From positions 558,001-622,000 of the forward strand of contig NW_026782092.1 in the NCBI RefSeq assembly GCF_031769215.1: 64,000 nt of DNA, written 5' to 3'. The notes below the pieces were generated by a model. That model searched no databases. It was not told the origin of the DNA and saw only the letters and a program-made list of their open reading frames with translations. Shown here piece after piece: positions 27,501 through 41,342 of this stretch (position 1 is its first letter; the number at the start of each line of letters is the position of its first letter). The position numbers were made by a program, and so were the translations under genes. Source of the stretch: Ylistrum balloti (Eukaryota).

Positions 27501-30500
27501 CTAAATCTGAAAAGTGGCAGTGACAGCAACTCCAGAAACTGTTAGAAGGGGACTGACTACATCTGGTACAGAAACAACAGTGTAGCTAAATATCCTTCAG
27601 TTTACTGTCAGCACAAATCTACAACCCTTTATCTAATAGTAGAAAAAGGATACTTAATATCTGTGCCAAATTCTTTGATGTTTACAATATTTGCTTTAAT
27701 ACATCTTAAACTTCACAGACAACACTAAAGGTAAATTTTTGACACAAGAGTCTTGATCAATAGTCAATCAAAACTTCTAAAAAAATTAATAAAAGCAAAA
27801 AACATGAAGCAAACATATATTAGATCAAATAAAGTATCATTATCGAAAAAATTGGACCCATCTTACACTTCAGATAACAGAAAAAGAATTATGTATTTAT
27901 AACTATAGAAATTGCACAAAAATTGAAAACTATTATTGGTTTGAAATTGAGACCAGCTCTTCCAGATGATGGCCCACACTACCATCTTCAATAGTGAAAG
28001 CTGATACTATTTCCACTTGATTCACAGAAAATTTTGTTGGTTCCAGTTCTCGACTCAGATAAAATAAAAAGTAATTGACAGTGAAAAAGGCCTGTACATA
28101 CCTCTTGTCTCTGATAGGCAGGTACAGAATCCTGTACAACAGGAGCTGGGGCTATTTCCTCTGTGTCCACTTCTTTCTCTTCAACTACAAATACAGGAAA
28201 TCAGATCATTTGAACACCATGATGGAATTGATTCTGGACTTTTAACATGAAATTTAAAACTTTAAAAACTGTATTTTTCGGCCTATAAACCGCAACCGAG
28301 TATCAGACGCAGAGCTGGATTTTAGTGATTTTTTTTATTTGATCTGCAAATGAGATGCACTGTAATATACACTGCTCCTTCTCTTATGATGTGCTAACCA
28401 TTATGTTGACCAAAATTTGTTGATGTAACGGAAGCCAATTTATCAAGATTGTCAGTGAAACATTTAACGTAAGTTTGCAAATAAACAGATAATTCTTTAT
28501 TTCATAGACATGTTTCAAAAACATGAAATAGCAATTATCAAACTAAAAATTTTGTCTTAGCCACTGGACTTGTTGTTTACAGATAATCTGCATAATCATA
28601 ATGCAATGTCACATAAAAAATGTCATGAACTGGTCTCCTAATAAAATTTGACTTTTTACAAGAACTCTGAACCCTACGAAGATCAACTTAAACTTTTTAC
28701 TATTTCCCTTTCAATTAAAAAGCTAAAAGCTTTTAGATGTATCAAATTCATTAAAAATAGCAGTGAATGAATTATATCAAGGTGTAAGGTGCTTTACCAA
28801 ATATATTGATATACAGAAAGTTACTCTGACAACATTCAGAAACAAGTGACAACAATTACATGTGATAACATATTGTACACAATTTTTTACCTTTTTCTTC
28901 ATCATCTTCATCGCCCTCATCTGGGTGCTATAAAAGACAATTTTGTTCAATAACTATTTGTACAAATGCAGGTGAAATGGGTTGTCAGAAGGAGCTTTAT
29001 ATTTCTTGAAATCTTTTATATGTATCGAAATCATACAATTTTCGACAAAATTAATGTGTCACTCTTTCCAGTTCATAAATCATATTTTCTATGCCAGCTC
29101 TAAATACATTCTTACATAAGACTTTTTCACAAACACTAGAATAAATATTATAACAAAAAACACTTTTCAGTAATATCAAATTTTACTAACAAAGCTAGCA
29201 ACCTACCTCTTTATAGCTGCTGATTTGCTCCTCAAAGTCACGATTATACTTGCGGAGCTTCTGCCGAAGTGTGGTCAAACCCTTGGCATTGTTCTTACTC
29301 ATCTGTTTCCTACCCTCTCGGTCCTCCCAGCACTGAAAGTTATCACAACAATATAGTATACTGCCTGTAGGCTTTATAAAATTACACTACCATCCAAACT
29401 TTTTACCAATTATTTTGACTTATTTATGTAAGCTTATAAGATAATTGAAAGAAATGTAATTTCTTGAAAATATTTCATATGTTAGTGAGAGTTACAAATT
29501 ATTTCAACATAATTAGCCTCCTTGAAATAACAGAGGGATTCATTTTCTAAATGTTGAAACATGTACAAGAAAATTTTTTCAATTTTGTTGCATACAAAAC
29601 TGCACTGAAATGAGAGATTTTCAACAGGATCTTTGTCTGTGAAAAATATCCTCAAATATCAAATTTTCAGAAACTATACTTAAAATATTGGTCTAAGACT
29701 AAACACTATGAAGATGTATATGAACATCAGTGTATGTAAGCATACTATTATGAAAGTACTTGCTGTTACTTGTATCTGAAAGATTACCTCATTAACAAAG
29801 TCTTCTAACTCAGACAGACATCGAATATAGAACCGTGGACTTCCGCCCTCCTTATCAACCACCTTCTTTGCTTTATCATAGGCACGGCCTAAGTCTTCAA
29901 AGCCTGAAATACAAAGCAGCCATGCATTGTCACTTACTGTCTACAGGTACTGATTTTATGAAACTAAGCATACTATTACAGAACAAAAGCAAAATTTTCT
30001 AAGAGAATATCACTTCACAAAGAGACAATTCTAATACATATGAGTAAGTAGTAATATCCTCTTTTTTCACACTATTTCCTTACCAGTATGACCAGTATTT
30101 TTCTAAACTGAGATAAAAATGTCATTAAAATGTTTGTGAGATTAATCTGCTCCTTGTGTTAAAAGCTTGAATGTTTCAAGAATGATGTTTGAGCATTAAT
30201 GAAAAATGAGAAAATACAAAAAAAAACCAAAATGACCTCACGCAATTGTCTTTGTTTTTCTTAAGATGTTGCCAAACTTTTTACAGTAATTCCAAACAAC
30301 TGCATAATAATTAACGAACAATTTTGATGTCACTCACCTGACAAGACTTTGGACATGTCCTTGATCTTTTTGTGGTTTCCTATTAGCTTAATGATCTTTC
30401 GCAGTTCCTCATACCTGTAAAGTATTCACAGAAACATTGATATCAACTGAAACAAACATAAGCTTGAAAAATAATGTGATATTCTAAATTAATATATATC

Positions 30501-31536
30501 ATAATATATCATAAATGCAGACTTTCGCAGATGATGATTTTTTCTTTTTGTTTACCACTTTCTTCTTTTAACTTTTCAATTACAAGTTTTAAAAAGGGGA
30601 TTGAGTCTGGGATTTCATCCATTGGGAATCATTATACAATGCAAAAATAAATATCAACATATTGAAAATAATAAAGCATTCTTTTATGAATGGTCTATTT
30701 ATATAAAGCACCAAAAAATGGTTGAAATTCACTATTTTCAATTAATATTGGCCTTTTTCAACACTACTTTAGGCTCCATTTCTTTTGCAATTCCTTTCCT
30801 GCGATAATCTGCATACAAGCTCTTTCCATGTCCTTGGGGTTTAAGGCCATATGTCATTTAAGTTCTGAGACATGGATGACCCTACTTCTAAAACAGCTCA
30901 TGCAAACACTGTTATAAATTCAAGATGTTGAATAATCATGTTAAATACAGGCAGTTGAGTCCTGGAATCATACTTTGCAGGACACAATCAAACCCACTGT
31001 ATAAAATGTTCGAATGAGATATACCACTTTGGTGTAAGTATATGTGTAAAGGAAGCATACCTTTTGTCTTTAGCACTGCGAACTACTCGAGTCTGTTCCT
31101 CTTCATCATCACTCAACTGGAAAGCACTAGAACCAACAGAAAACAGGATTTAATTTCAATACTTCTATCTATTCCTATCAATTTCTCACAACACAGTAAC
31201 GCTCTGTCATCTGTGCTTCTAACAATAGCTACTCATTATTTGATACTTATTTACATATGTTACACTCAGCTTCCTATACATCTTCCTCTTTTTTTTAACC
31301 TTTTGCCTTTTTGAAGAATTCCAAATACCATTTAAAATTTTTAAATCTTGTTCTCTCAAATCTTATAATGTAGTATTTTATTCTGATTTTTTCTTTAAGT
31401 TAACTGTATGTTATATTAAAACCAAGACTTACGCTGGCCGCATAGGCCTGTCTTTCTGTGGTGCAAATGTTGGTTCATCACTATCGCTGGAACTGTCAGA
31501 CTCAGAGTCTGATCCTCGGAAGAAACGTCCCGCCAT
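12594..31536 (-). CDS. EIF3C: Eukaryotic translation initiation factor 3 subunit C (PCI domain), 22 coding exons, 938 aa
   Basis: Exons (all GT-AG, phase-consistent, total 2817 nt): 31536-31433, 31126-31061, 30414-30338, 29903-29788, 29332-29207, 28927-28891, 28184-28102, 25563-25442, 24734-24623, 23682-23420, 23044-22948, 22526-22414, 22105-21958, 21592-21560, 20977-20777, 20150-20025, 19592-19439, 19011-18818, 18454-18251, 17734-17572, 13803-13561, 12628-12594. Matches remembered eIF3c segments: [110 protein letters not shown]. Confidence 0.96.
25148..25230 (-). mobile_element. Degenerate tRNA-derived SINE-like relic in an eIF3c intron
   Basis: Minus strand reads gatggccaaatggtaaaggcatttgactc...ggttcaaggtc, resembling pol III A and B boxes. 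No intact cloverleaf. Confidence 0.4.
26123..26254 (-). ncRNA. Candidate box H/ACA snoRNA, copy 1 of 3 (eIF3c intron 7, sense)
   Basis: Hairpin 1 has lower stem ggcacagat/atttgtgct and upper stem tccttt/gaaggg. H box ACAGTA (26194-26189). Hairpin 2 has stem gctaca/tgtagt. ACA box (26128-26126) is 3 nt from the end. Length 132 nt. Confidence 0.8.
26898..27029 (-). ncRNA. Candidate box H/ACA snoRNA, copy 2 of 3
   Basis: Same 132-nt hairpin-ACAGTA-hairpin-ACA layout. Differences from copy 1 are mostly in the apical part of hairpin 1 and after the ACA box. Confidence 0.8.
27537..27668 (-). ncRNA. Candidate box H/ACA snoRNA, copy 3 of 3
   Basis: Same 132-nt layout with both boxes intact. More diverged, with one change in the hairpin-2 5' guide (TAATTA to TATTTA). 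Confidence 0.75.
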
Positions 31537-32011
31537 GATTATTCAGATTTCTATTAAATCATCAAAGTGACATTCATTAGAACAGCAAAGAAATTTCTTT
31601 TATTTTGACGGTATTACATCACAAAATTTGTTTTAATTTTTTGAAAACACTGATCTGAATTAAAGAAATAGCGGGTGATTCTTGGATTATATCAGTTTTA
31701 TCTTGGTTAAAGCAGTATTAGTGTATGGCAAATGATGAACTTTCCATCAATATAAGTGTCATCAAAGTCAAACGGCATTAATCTATTACAGAATTTACAA
31801 CATTTATACTCCATCCCCCACCCCTTTCATCCCCTCTCCTACCTTCATTGTTCTCATAATTAGTGAATTACCTCCTTACAAATACATGGAACTGAAACTT
31901 ACATTCATAGCCACAGATTTCATTTGTTACTAACAGAAAATTACTAACCACCGGGTAATTGCGTCAAAATCAAGCATATTGCAACAGAAACATACCATCC
32001 AATGCATAGTA

Positions 32012-32026
32012 CCCCCCCCCCCCCCC
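32012..32026. repeat. C15 homopolymer (G15 on the eIF3c sense strand) upstream of the eIF3c start codon
   Basis: Directly visible. Confidence 0.9.
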
Positions 32027-32750
32027 TTTTTCAGGTGGACCCGGCTCACAGTATTGTGAAACAAAATAGATACAAACTGGTATTGCTACACACTTACCCG
32101 TGATTATATATATGTATAGATGTTTTGCTTTAAGTGATCCAATATTATTTTCATAAAGCAGTTCATGAAGATGAAAATAGACAGCTGCTATAAAATTATG
32201 TCCGATATGGTCGTGAGAAATGGCGCATGCCGAAACCACATGGATCGTGTTCTACGTCATGATAATTTGTGTTGTATATTCTAAAATTAAATGGGGTGGC
32301 AAATCCGGAAAAGTTACGACGCTCTGGCACGATTTATGCCTATGCATGAAATCAGAGACGTTTCTGCTGTAAAATAGTTTATGGAAAAAAGAAATCGTTA
32401 AGTTAATTGAAGTTAATTAATATTAAAACAACGATTAACTTAATAATTATATTATGATAACGGCATGGTCAGGTGAGTGTAATGATGCGACCCGTGTAAC
32501 GTCCATCCGTTAATGTAATGAGTTTCAGTTAGCAATTAGCAAATTCCTAAATTGATATTCGAAATATAGGTAAACCAAGAGTAACATAATTTGAGAACAA
32601 TGTTCTATTTCTGCGTTAGGTGCCCTTTTCTTCTCCGCCGGAAAACCAACTATCTAATACCAATGTCATCAGTAAAGTCAACGTTACTTTCAGATTGAAA
32701 CTTTCAAAATTATGCATGGTGATTTCTTAATATTAGATAAATATGTTTTT

Positions 32751-32932
32751 ACTACGGTGGCGTATTCGGGACATCGTAATATAGCGTTGTTTAAGGGAAC
32801 GCGATATTGCGAGACCACGAGACCACGAAGCGATACCACGATAGAGCCGAAGCGAGACCGCGATACTACGGGTAGGGTTAGGGGTAGCGTTTCGTTTCGT
32901 GGTATCGTAGACTCGTTTCGCCGTATCGTAGT
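32751..32932. mobile_element. CpG-rich non-autonomous foldback element (MITE- or HINE-like)
   Basis: Imperfect termini actacggtggcg / cgccgtatcgtagt. Left part is built of cgagac/cgatac motifs, right part of the complementary gtatcg/gtttcg motifs, with gggtagggttagggg at the centre. T-rich flanks and sharp CpG contrast with the background. Confidence 0.55.
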
Positions 32933-35900
32933 TTCCCAAATCAACCACCATAGTTTACAGACAATTTCACGTTTCCAAGAGAAAGAAATACAAATTTAAT
33001 GCGTGCAATGGTATTGAGTCAGAAGCGTCAAAATTTGGAAAGAGATTATCAAATAGAAGTATGATCGATCCCCCATCACTTTCGGTATTTAATATTGTTT
33101 TTCAAATACTCTCATATGAGGTTAGGATAATGGCGATGTCACCAATATTCTAACGATATCATGATAACACCACCACACGTCTACATCGTTGTTATAGACT
33201 ATATTACTATAATTAACTAATATCATTATAATGATTACTAATATAAGGCACTGTTTCACTATTTATGGCATGGATACTTAGCTATTAATTTAGGGTGTAC
33301 ACAAGAGCTTACAGGTGCCTTCTGTGTCGCACACGTATGATACAGAAAGAAAGAAATCCATTGAGATTAGAATATTTCTTTTAATAACCATTTGTTGTTT
33401 AAAAGTAAACTAGTACATAAATTGAAATTAATAATCGTGTTGGCTGCAGTAGAATTTGTCAGTTAAATCTGAGGAAATAATATTTTTCGACGTGAAGGAC
33501 CTACACACGTCTCAATTTTTTTCTTTTTTTTTCTGTCTGGAAAACATGATCGGTATGCACATTCAATCTGGAGGCAGTGTGCCTTCTTTTCTGCGAGTTC
33601 GAAATTCTTTTGCCGCCAAGCTATACATACCAGCGGAAAAAACAGCCAGTGTGTAAAATGTTCATGCATTGTTCAATTTCCTTAACTAAAGCTTGGAACG
33701 TTACACATGTGAGTTGTGTATGCCTCTCCGTGATTTACACTGGTCAGTGCATGAGTTACGTATGTAGTTTGTCTGTCTGGCCGTGACGCATTCATCCGGC
33801 CTCACGTCCTTCCATTTGTCCAGCAACGTAACGCCACGCTGCTTCAGGTTAACGCTCGCCCGCACGTCACTGGATATGTCGCCTAAAGAACACGTGTGGA
33901 ATGACATGCATCGTCGTTTCCGCTTGTGAATATATGGAATGGTGTTCCCCAGGAATTTTCAGCACACTTGTCGCATCAGTGCTGTAAAGCATGCATCGAT
34001 TCAAATGATGGGCATACACGGCTTTAGCTGAAGTTTGTTTCGAGAACATCTGTGAAAACTGATCTCTATATAAGACGCTGTTGATGCGATAACCATATGA
34101 ATTGAGCTGGTGTTAATAAAGGTCCGATAAGACCTCGTTGATATTTTTTCCGATTTCTTATATACCTCCTCAGTTATAGCTTATTATACCCATGCACAGT
34201 TTCTTTTTCCGCTAATATTTATTTGAGTAATCAGCATTTTATTTGGTTTGGGTTTGTATTGTTTGTTTGTTTGTTACACACAAACCTAGCGTACTATTTT
34301 TTCACCGATAATATTCCATTGAACAAGAAACATTGTATCCAAACGAGTTTGTTATACTGAATTAAACTGGGTCAACCCGACATTCACTACGATGTCAAGG
34401 TTGAAAGTAATGCAACATGTTTTTGGAATGTTATTGTCCACACCTTAGAGTGTGGCTGTACTCGTCGTCATTACCAACAGGCTATTTGCAGTACACTAAA
34501 ATAAGCTCACTAGACTCGTCAACTCAAAGAAAAAAAATAAGATGTGCTGAAAGTTTATTATTACCAACATGAATAGTTTAGTCACAGTGACCATCAGCTG
34601 AAGGTCACCGCTTTCTAACATACAATTTTACAAAATCTTTTTTTATAATGAATATTTTGATATGGCATTATGAAAGAAAATTGACAGTAATCAAATGACA
34701 AGTCATCTGACCATCAGTCAAGGTCACCAGGTCAGACGTCAAGGTAAAATTTTAAAAGTATACTGGTATACATATTATGAATCATATTTGATCCAAATTA
34801 ATAGACAAGTACATTTAAATCAGGAGTAATTGTCAAAGTCACTGAGTCAAAGGTGAAGGTCATTAAATGTTTAATTTGTTAATGTTTTGTTATACCATTC
34901 TTAAGCAGATTTGATCAGAACAAAATGAGTAAGGGCATATTCAAAGGTCAAGGTCAAATTTTCTGTCTCTTAACTGTGAAATAAGGATTATTGACTTAAA
35001 CACGGAGTGACATGATCATGTCAAAATGAAGGATAAATTTATAAAATGATTGATTTCTTTAGTGTTGGTTACACTACGTTTCCATGTCTCACAGGGATAC
35101 TACAGTATGACTGATCAGTTAGGTAGTTAAGAACTGTTTAACTAAAAGCACAATCAATATCTCTGGTATTTAGTAAACTAATTACCGCATTGAGACCTAG
35201 TCGTTTAAACGTTTAAGCACATGGGATAGAATGCAGTTATACAATAATATATACATCAGCTTTCCTTCTTACCATGTCCTAAGCCTATAAGTATCATGAC
35301 CCTGGACTTCCTGATATATGAAAATATGTCTTTTAAAGGAAAATTGAACACCTTTGATTATGTTAACCTTTCATATAATCTAGGTAATTCATTTAGATAA
35401 ATTTGGTACCCAGTCATTCCAGTAATCCATCGAATTCTTGTTATCAAGGAAGGAGTCAGAACCTGCTTAAATAATTTTGATGGACCAACATTGCAGCATG
35501 CTACTTGTTGTGACAGCCAAAATAAAACCTAGTCTCCACAATACTGGTGCTATTTAGGCATTCTCAGTTTATATCTGAGGTGGCTCTGTTGTTAGTTTTG
35601 TTCCCAGATGGGATTAAGATTTCTTTGTTGGACTGACAAAGATTTGTGGGTGACATGGATGAAGTAAAGATGTCTTCCAGAACTCCTGGTCCTGTTCTTT
35701 AGATATGTCAGCATTTTCTTTTATAAACATCAACTATGTAAGTTGTGTTGAAGTGAGCTTAAAAGGGTAAATGAGTATGAGTAAACATGTCTTTGGTTAT
35801 GAAGCAGTTTTTTGAGTACATCTGAAAAAAATGGACTGCAATCTCATAGATGAGGTACAAGATATACATAACATTTCTCTTTCAAAAAATAAAACACCAG

Positions 35901-38900
35901 AACTAAAACTTTCATTTTTTATTATTAATCTCACCCTCATGAATAAAAATATTGCAAGATATTTTAATGTTCAGCATGTACATTTAAGTAACATGTAAAT
36001 AAAAATATATTATGTGTAAAACAAATGCACTTTGTAATAATGATAGGCTAACTCATGTTATACATGATTTTTGTCCATTCTAACCCCCTGGGTAAGTATA
36101 TACCGTTGTTCAGAACCGTAATTTAATAGTCTGATTGAAGTGGTTGCAGTTTTAATATCAACCAATTTATGGTTACTGATATGTCTGCGAACATTTCTTA
36201 AAACATCATCCATGAAACATTAAATGAAATATTACAAACAAAAGAAAGTATTTCTGTCATTGGTATCATATTGAAAAAAAGGTCATGACCTTTACTCTAA
36301 GAATACTGTAACACAAAACAAATTGTGTAGTGATACCACATGTACACACGTATACATAAAAAAAATACAGAAAACAGGTCAGTGAATAAATATTTGATCT
36401 TTGACTTGTGATATCAGTTTTTTGTAAATATCCTGGAATCTACCATTTTTCAACAGTCACACATCAGTTAATGTCACCAATCTATATCATACTGATAACA
36501 CAAAAACAATTTTACAATTTATAAGTACTGATTGTCATACACAAGTAACATGAGACAAATGATAAGTTAAAAAAAGGAAATTTAACTGCCACTCACCAAT
36601 TAACCCTCTTAATAGCCCTCTGTATATACTAAACTACACTAGTTAAAGCAAACTACGCCCACAAATTACAAGTGTATCCTTGTAATTCCTGAATAAGGAC
36701 TATTTCAAATGTGACAGACTTTTCCTGACTCCATTCCAAATAGAATTGTGTATTATCATAATGTAAAACCACTTGATTATGTGACTACTTTATATTTCCA
36801 CATCACAAGTTCGCAGTTACAAATTTATGAGAAACAAATTATACTACATGCATATTTTTAACCATTTCGGAACAAAAATCAGCTTGATATTCAGAATTGA
36901 GAGGGATCGGTATTGAAGTTTTCTTGCTAATTTAAAGAGGACATCATTCCACATATCATTTCCTTCTGTTGAAGAGGTGACTAAATTTGAGAAAGATCAG
37001 TGTGGGGAAGGTGACTATATAATCATTGCCCATTTTTCCTGTCTAACTTTATGATCAACTTCAAATATATCCAGTCCAGGGGATATAAGACAATTTTGTG
37101 AGCGAGAGTTAGAACACTGCAGCTAAAATCACATTCTTTCCTTATCTGATTATATTTCCCTATATGAAACACCCAACAAACAACAAAAAATGATACATTA
37201 TAAAATAGTTCTTAAGACTATCGCAACTTCTACCAATGATACAATAACATAAGAGGAAATTTTGTATATGAAGACCAGTTTTTTTTCACAGCACACCTGA
37301 TACAATCAACAGTTATTTCAAGAATGGTAATTCTTTAAGTCATGGAGAAGTTGATAAATGATTCCTTTCAATACTAGTTATAGAATGGTTTGTCAACCAA
37401 AGCTGGCCAATACTTCAGGGATGACTTATTTATTTAAACATGACTTGCCATTTTTATACAGAATTTTGTAAATATTGAAGTATTGTTGTGTACTGAAATA
37501 TTGAGATCTTGTGGACAGAACAAATTGTTCAATAATAAAAACCCTAACAAAGTGGGAGAGACCAACGTCCTGGTTGTCTTCAGTCGTCGATCGAGTCATG
37601 AAGGAATAAAAAATGGATACCTAACAGTATTCAATTGAGCCCCATCAAGGAAGGTAAATACAAATGACATTCCTTGGTGGTGTTATTATTAGTTATCTGT
37701 TTCGGCTCGGACATCAGATTGTTTATTTGTGACCCTTAATGAGAATTGGTACTTAACAAGAATGAGTTGATAAAAAAATACACTTGTTATAAACAGTTAT
37801 TAAAGCAAACACATTGTCTATTGAGATGAAATAATTACATAGATCTCTGCCTAGAAACTTTCCACTAAGAATAACTTGAACTTTCTTGTGCATGCCAACA
37901 ATGCCTGTAATGCAGTACTTGTTTGGGTTCAGAAGAAATACAACTACACAATTAAGTTTATAAGCATTTTGATAAACTTATTACAAAGTAAAATCATTTT
38001 GATTTTGAAACAAGCAAAAGACATGTCAAAGACATTTTGCATAAATAAATGTGTAAATAAAATGCATATTTACATAGTAGGTATTGGAAAGAATTGTCAA
38101 GGGAAGAGCTGTTTCATGAAGGAGATAAGCTTGTCCAAGCAGTCAAATGTTATGTCAAAGTGCCCCTTGACACACAGATATGTCATAATTCTACTAAGTA
38201 ATACCAGTAGAGACGCTCCCTGATCGGCATTACATGGTAAACACAAGCATGGCATTGGGAGAAGCATTTGAAAAAAAAATTAATTACGTCCTCTGATGAT
38301 AAAAACAAACAAAAATACATTTATAAGCAAAACTAATAACATTGGAATGTTGACACAACAATAAAAATATGTAACACTGAATAAACAGTAAAACTGAGCT
38401 CATCATAGAGGGTCAGTCATAACCAAACCTCGATATTGAGAAAATCGTCAACAATCTACCACTGTCACTCTAATCTATGTCAGATTCAGAACAAGAAAGG
38501 ACTCTGCGAACTTTTATCCATTCTTGGTACCCATTGGCTGTCAAGCAATTTACTATACAATTGTACATACTTATCTTATGCAGTTTGTGCATGGTTTCTG
38601 TATGTAAGATATATTTACCACGTTTATATTGCAGACTTTGTTTCCTTTGAAATGCTGTTAAAAAATAAACTGAAATTGAAAATATAGCAACATTGAAATT
38701 ATTTATGTGGTTCACTGTCTCACACACTTATACTCCATTGCATGCCACTTTCAGCAGATATGAAGAAAATTGTTTCTAAGTCAATAGCATAAAAAAGCTG
38801 AGAAATTTTCTCAACACTTGTAATTTTGAAGATAAATCATTGCAATTTACCTATATTAGTTTTGTTACAAAATGAGCTTCACTTCTCATTGGCTGACAAA

Positions 38901-39439
38901 ATGGCTGTGGTCAGTCAGTCAGTGCCAAATTAACTCTAGACTATATATAGCTGGAAATGAATAGGGCATAGGCAGACAAGATTAAACAACAACTGTGAAG
39001 AGAGGAGGAGAGGGACTTGATGACTTCATGCCTCGGTGAAAAATGCTTAAGTATCACCAGATAAGCCTCCAACAGCTCTCAAGTCTAGTCCCTGCATTAA
39101 TATGTCACTGTTGCATGGATCCCTGAGAAGCGATCTTGAACATGTGACAATAAGTTTGTTCTGACATTTAATAAAAGGCTTTTTCTGGTCATAAATCCAT
39201 CCATATCTATTGCAATGTGAAAATACCAACAGATGTTAAACCATTGTCCTACTCCTGACCTTTTGAATAGGAGTTCAAAATTTCCTGTTTGTTCCTCGGC
39301 CCAGGCTTACTGAAGGATAAATATCGTAATACTGACGCTCCTGTGTAGATATTAGTAATGACACTAAATCACTTCCATTCAGCAAGAATTGGTAATGATT
39401 AAAAGAGTCAATCAAAAGTCTAAGCTCATTCTTTGTATT

Positions 39440-41311
39440 TTAGAATCCCTGTAGTTCCTCAAGGTTATAGTAGGCTTGTAAGCAGTCTGGGTTTGACAGT
39501 GCCCCCTGTTGGGGAACTGGCTGACCATGGATGGCTCTTCTTACAGCTACCTCCACTTTCTTTCCACTGATGGTGTACTGTGTAAACAAAGAAAGGCAAT
39601 TCATTCTCTAGTGTACAAATTCGAATTGTGAAAACTGAAGAAAGTTAAATATACAGTTTTATTTTTTTTTTCTTCCACAATTAAACTCTGCACACAAAAC
39701 ACAAATTCTAAACTCCAACTCCATATTAAATAATAAAATAAAATGAAAGCAGTGTGGCCTAAATAATGTGTACTATGACCAAGAAGAAAAAATAATTTTA
39801 AACAAAATAATATCCTGAAATGACTCAACATTATTTGGGGGTTTCAAGATCAAGAATTGTTTGAAAACTTTGTAAGAATTTGCTAAGCATTGTTTGTAGA
39901 TAATTATTTTTCATGGAAATTTACAGAAAAACTGATTCATACATCAGTACACAAGCATCAGAAACAGCAGTTTCCTCATATATATTCATGTGGCTAAAAC
40001 TTACTACTTTTACAAAAGTAAGCATGTTAGCTGCCACCTAATTTCATGGATAACTCATACTTAATAGAATGGTACTAAAGTTTGTGTCAATCTTTATCTT
40101 ATCATTTCATAGACATATGTATTTGTGTATAAGAGTATAAATGTAAACCTAAAATGAAACAAAAATAAAACTCCGGGAACATTAATGATTGTATAGTATA
40201 CAGGGTCAAGATAAGACAAGTTCTTCAAACTGTATTTAAGAAGAGAAAATTTCCAGAGAAAATATTGAAGAATGCATAACAGGATTAGGCAGGGGGCAAT
40301 TACAGATACATATTACTGCCCAAGTAAGAACAATCTCCACAACTTACAGGGATAGCTAGTGTTTCTAGAACAATTGCTGGCATGTGTCGTGCCGATAGCT
40401 CGGCACGTATCCGTGTTCTGATGCTCGCAACTAGTTCCTTATTAAATACTCCCTCCTTGGCCATCTTGACAAATAAAACAACCCGTTCCTCTGACATATC
40501 TGCCTTCCTCTGTGCTACACACACACTGTCATCTATTTCCTTGAAAGACTCGACTATAACAAACACAAATACAAAACAATGTATTCACAGCAAAATCTCA
40601 TTAGTTTTTCATAATTGTTAACATTAGACTGCAACTTCCATTTTTAGTACTTGAATTTTTGTGTTAAGAAGATAAACAAAAATCAAGAGAGATGTATTCT
40701 ACAGTGTAGCTTAATCTTAATTTTTTTATTCTGGATGGATGGATTCTGAAACTGCCTAACTGATGGTTTATGAAAATATACATGTGCAATTTGAGAAAGT
40801 TCTCTCTAATGAATTCACAGAACTCATGACAACAAACTTCCTGCCCTGCCAGTGTGTATGTTTATATAGACTGGTGGATTGGGAATTCATGCCATTCCCT
40901 ATTGTCCTGATAGCTGTAACTGACTTCTGGTCAGTCTCCAAATTGAACTTGCTTCATAGTCCCTTGCTGTCAGTTCAGTATACATTAAGCAACATAACAA
41001 TCTATTTAGTTGAGTTAATACATGGACTTTAAAACCGAGTAAAGGATGCTCTTTTAACTTTGTGTTACTTCATATCTTCTGACCATTGTAACCATGGTGA
41101 GAAGCTTGGTGCTTTGTTTACTGCTTTCCAACAGCATAGAATCCTTCACAGAATTTGAAAGTATTCATGATGAGGTAAAAGACACAATATTCACAAGTAC
41201 ATCATAAATAATAAATAAATAATTTTTGCGGTAAATATTGTATATTTTATATTTTCGACCACATGTGAGAAGAGTCTTTGACTCAATGTGTAATCGAATG
41301 AAAATAAAGCC

Positions 41312-41342
<31 letters not shown>

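Noticed and set aside
27933-28050. Hairpin plus ANANNA-like motifs, or an extra coding exon, after eIF3c exon 7
   Set aside because: No correctly placed ACA box or second hairpin, no usable donor, and the gene splices in phase without it.
33701-34049. GC-richer stretch with two overlapping minus-strand ORFs
   Set aside because: No recognisable domain. Probably a decayed repeat.
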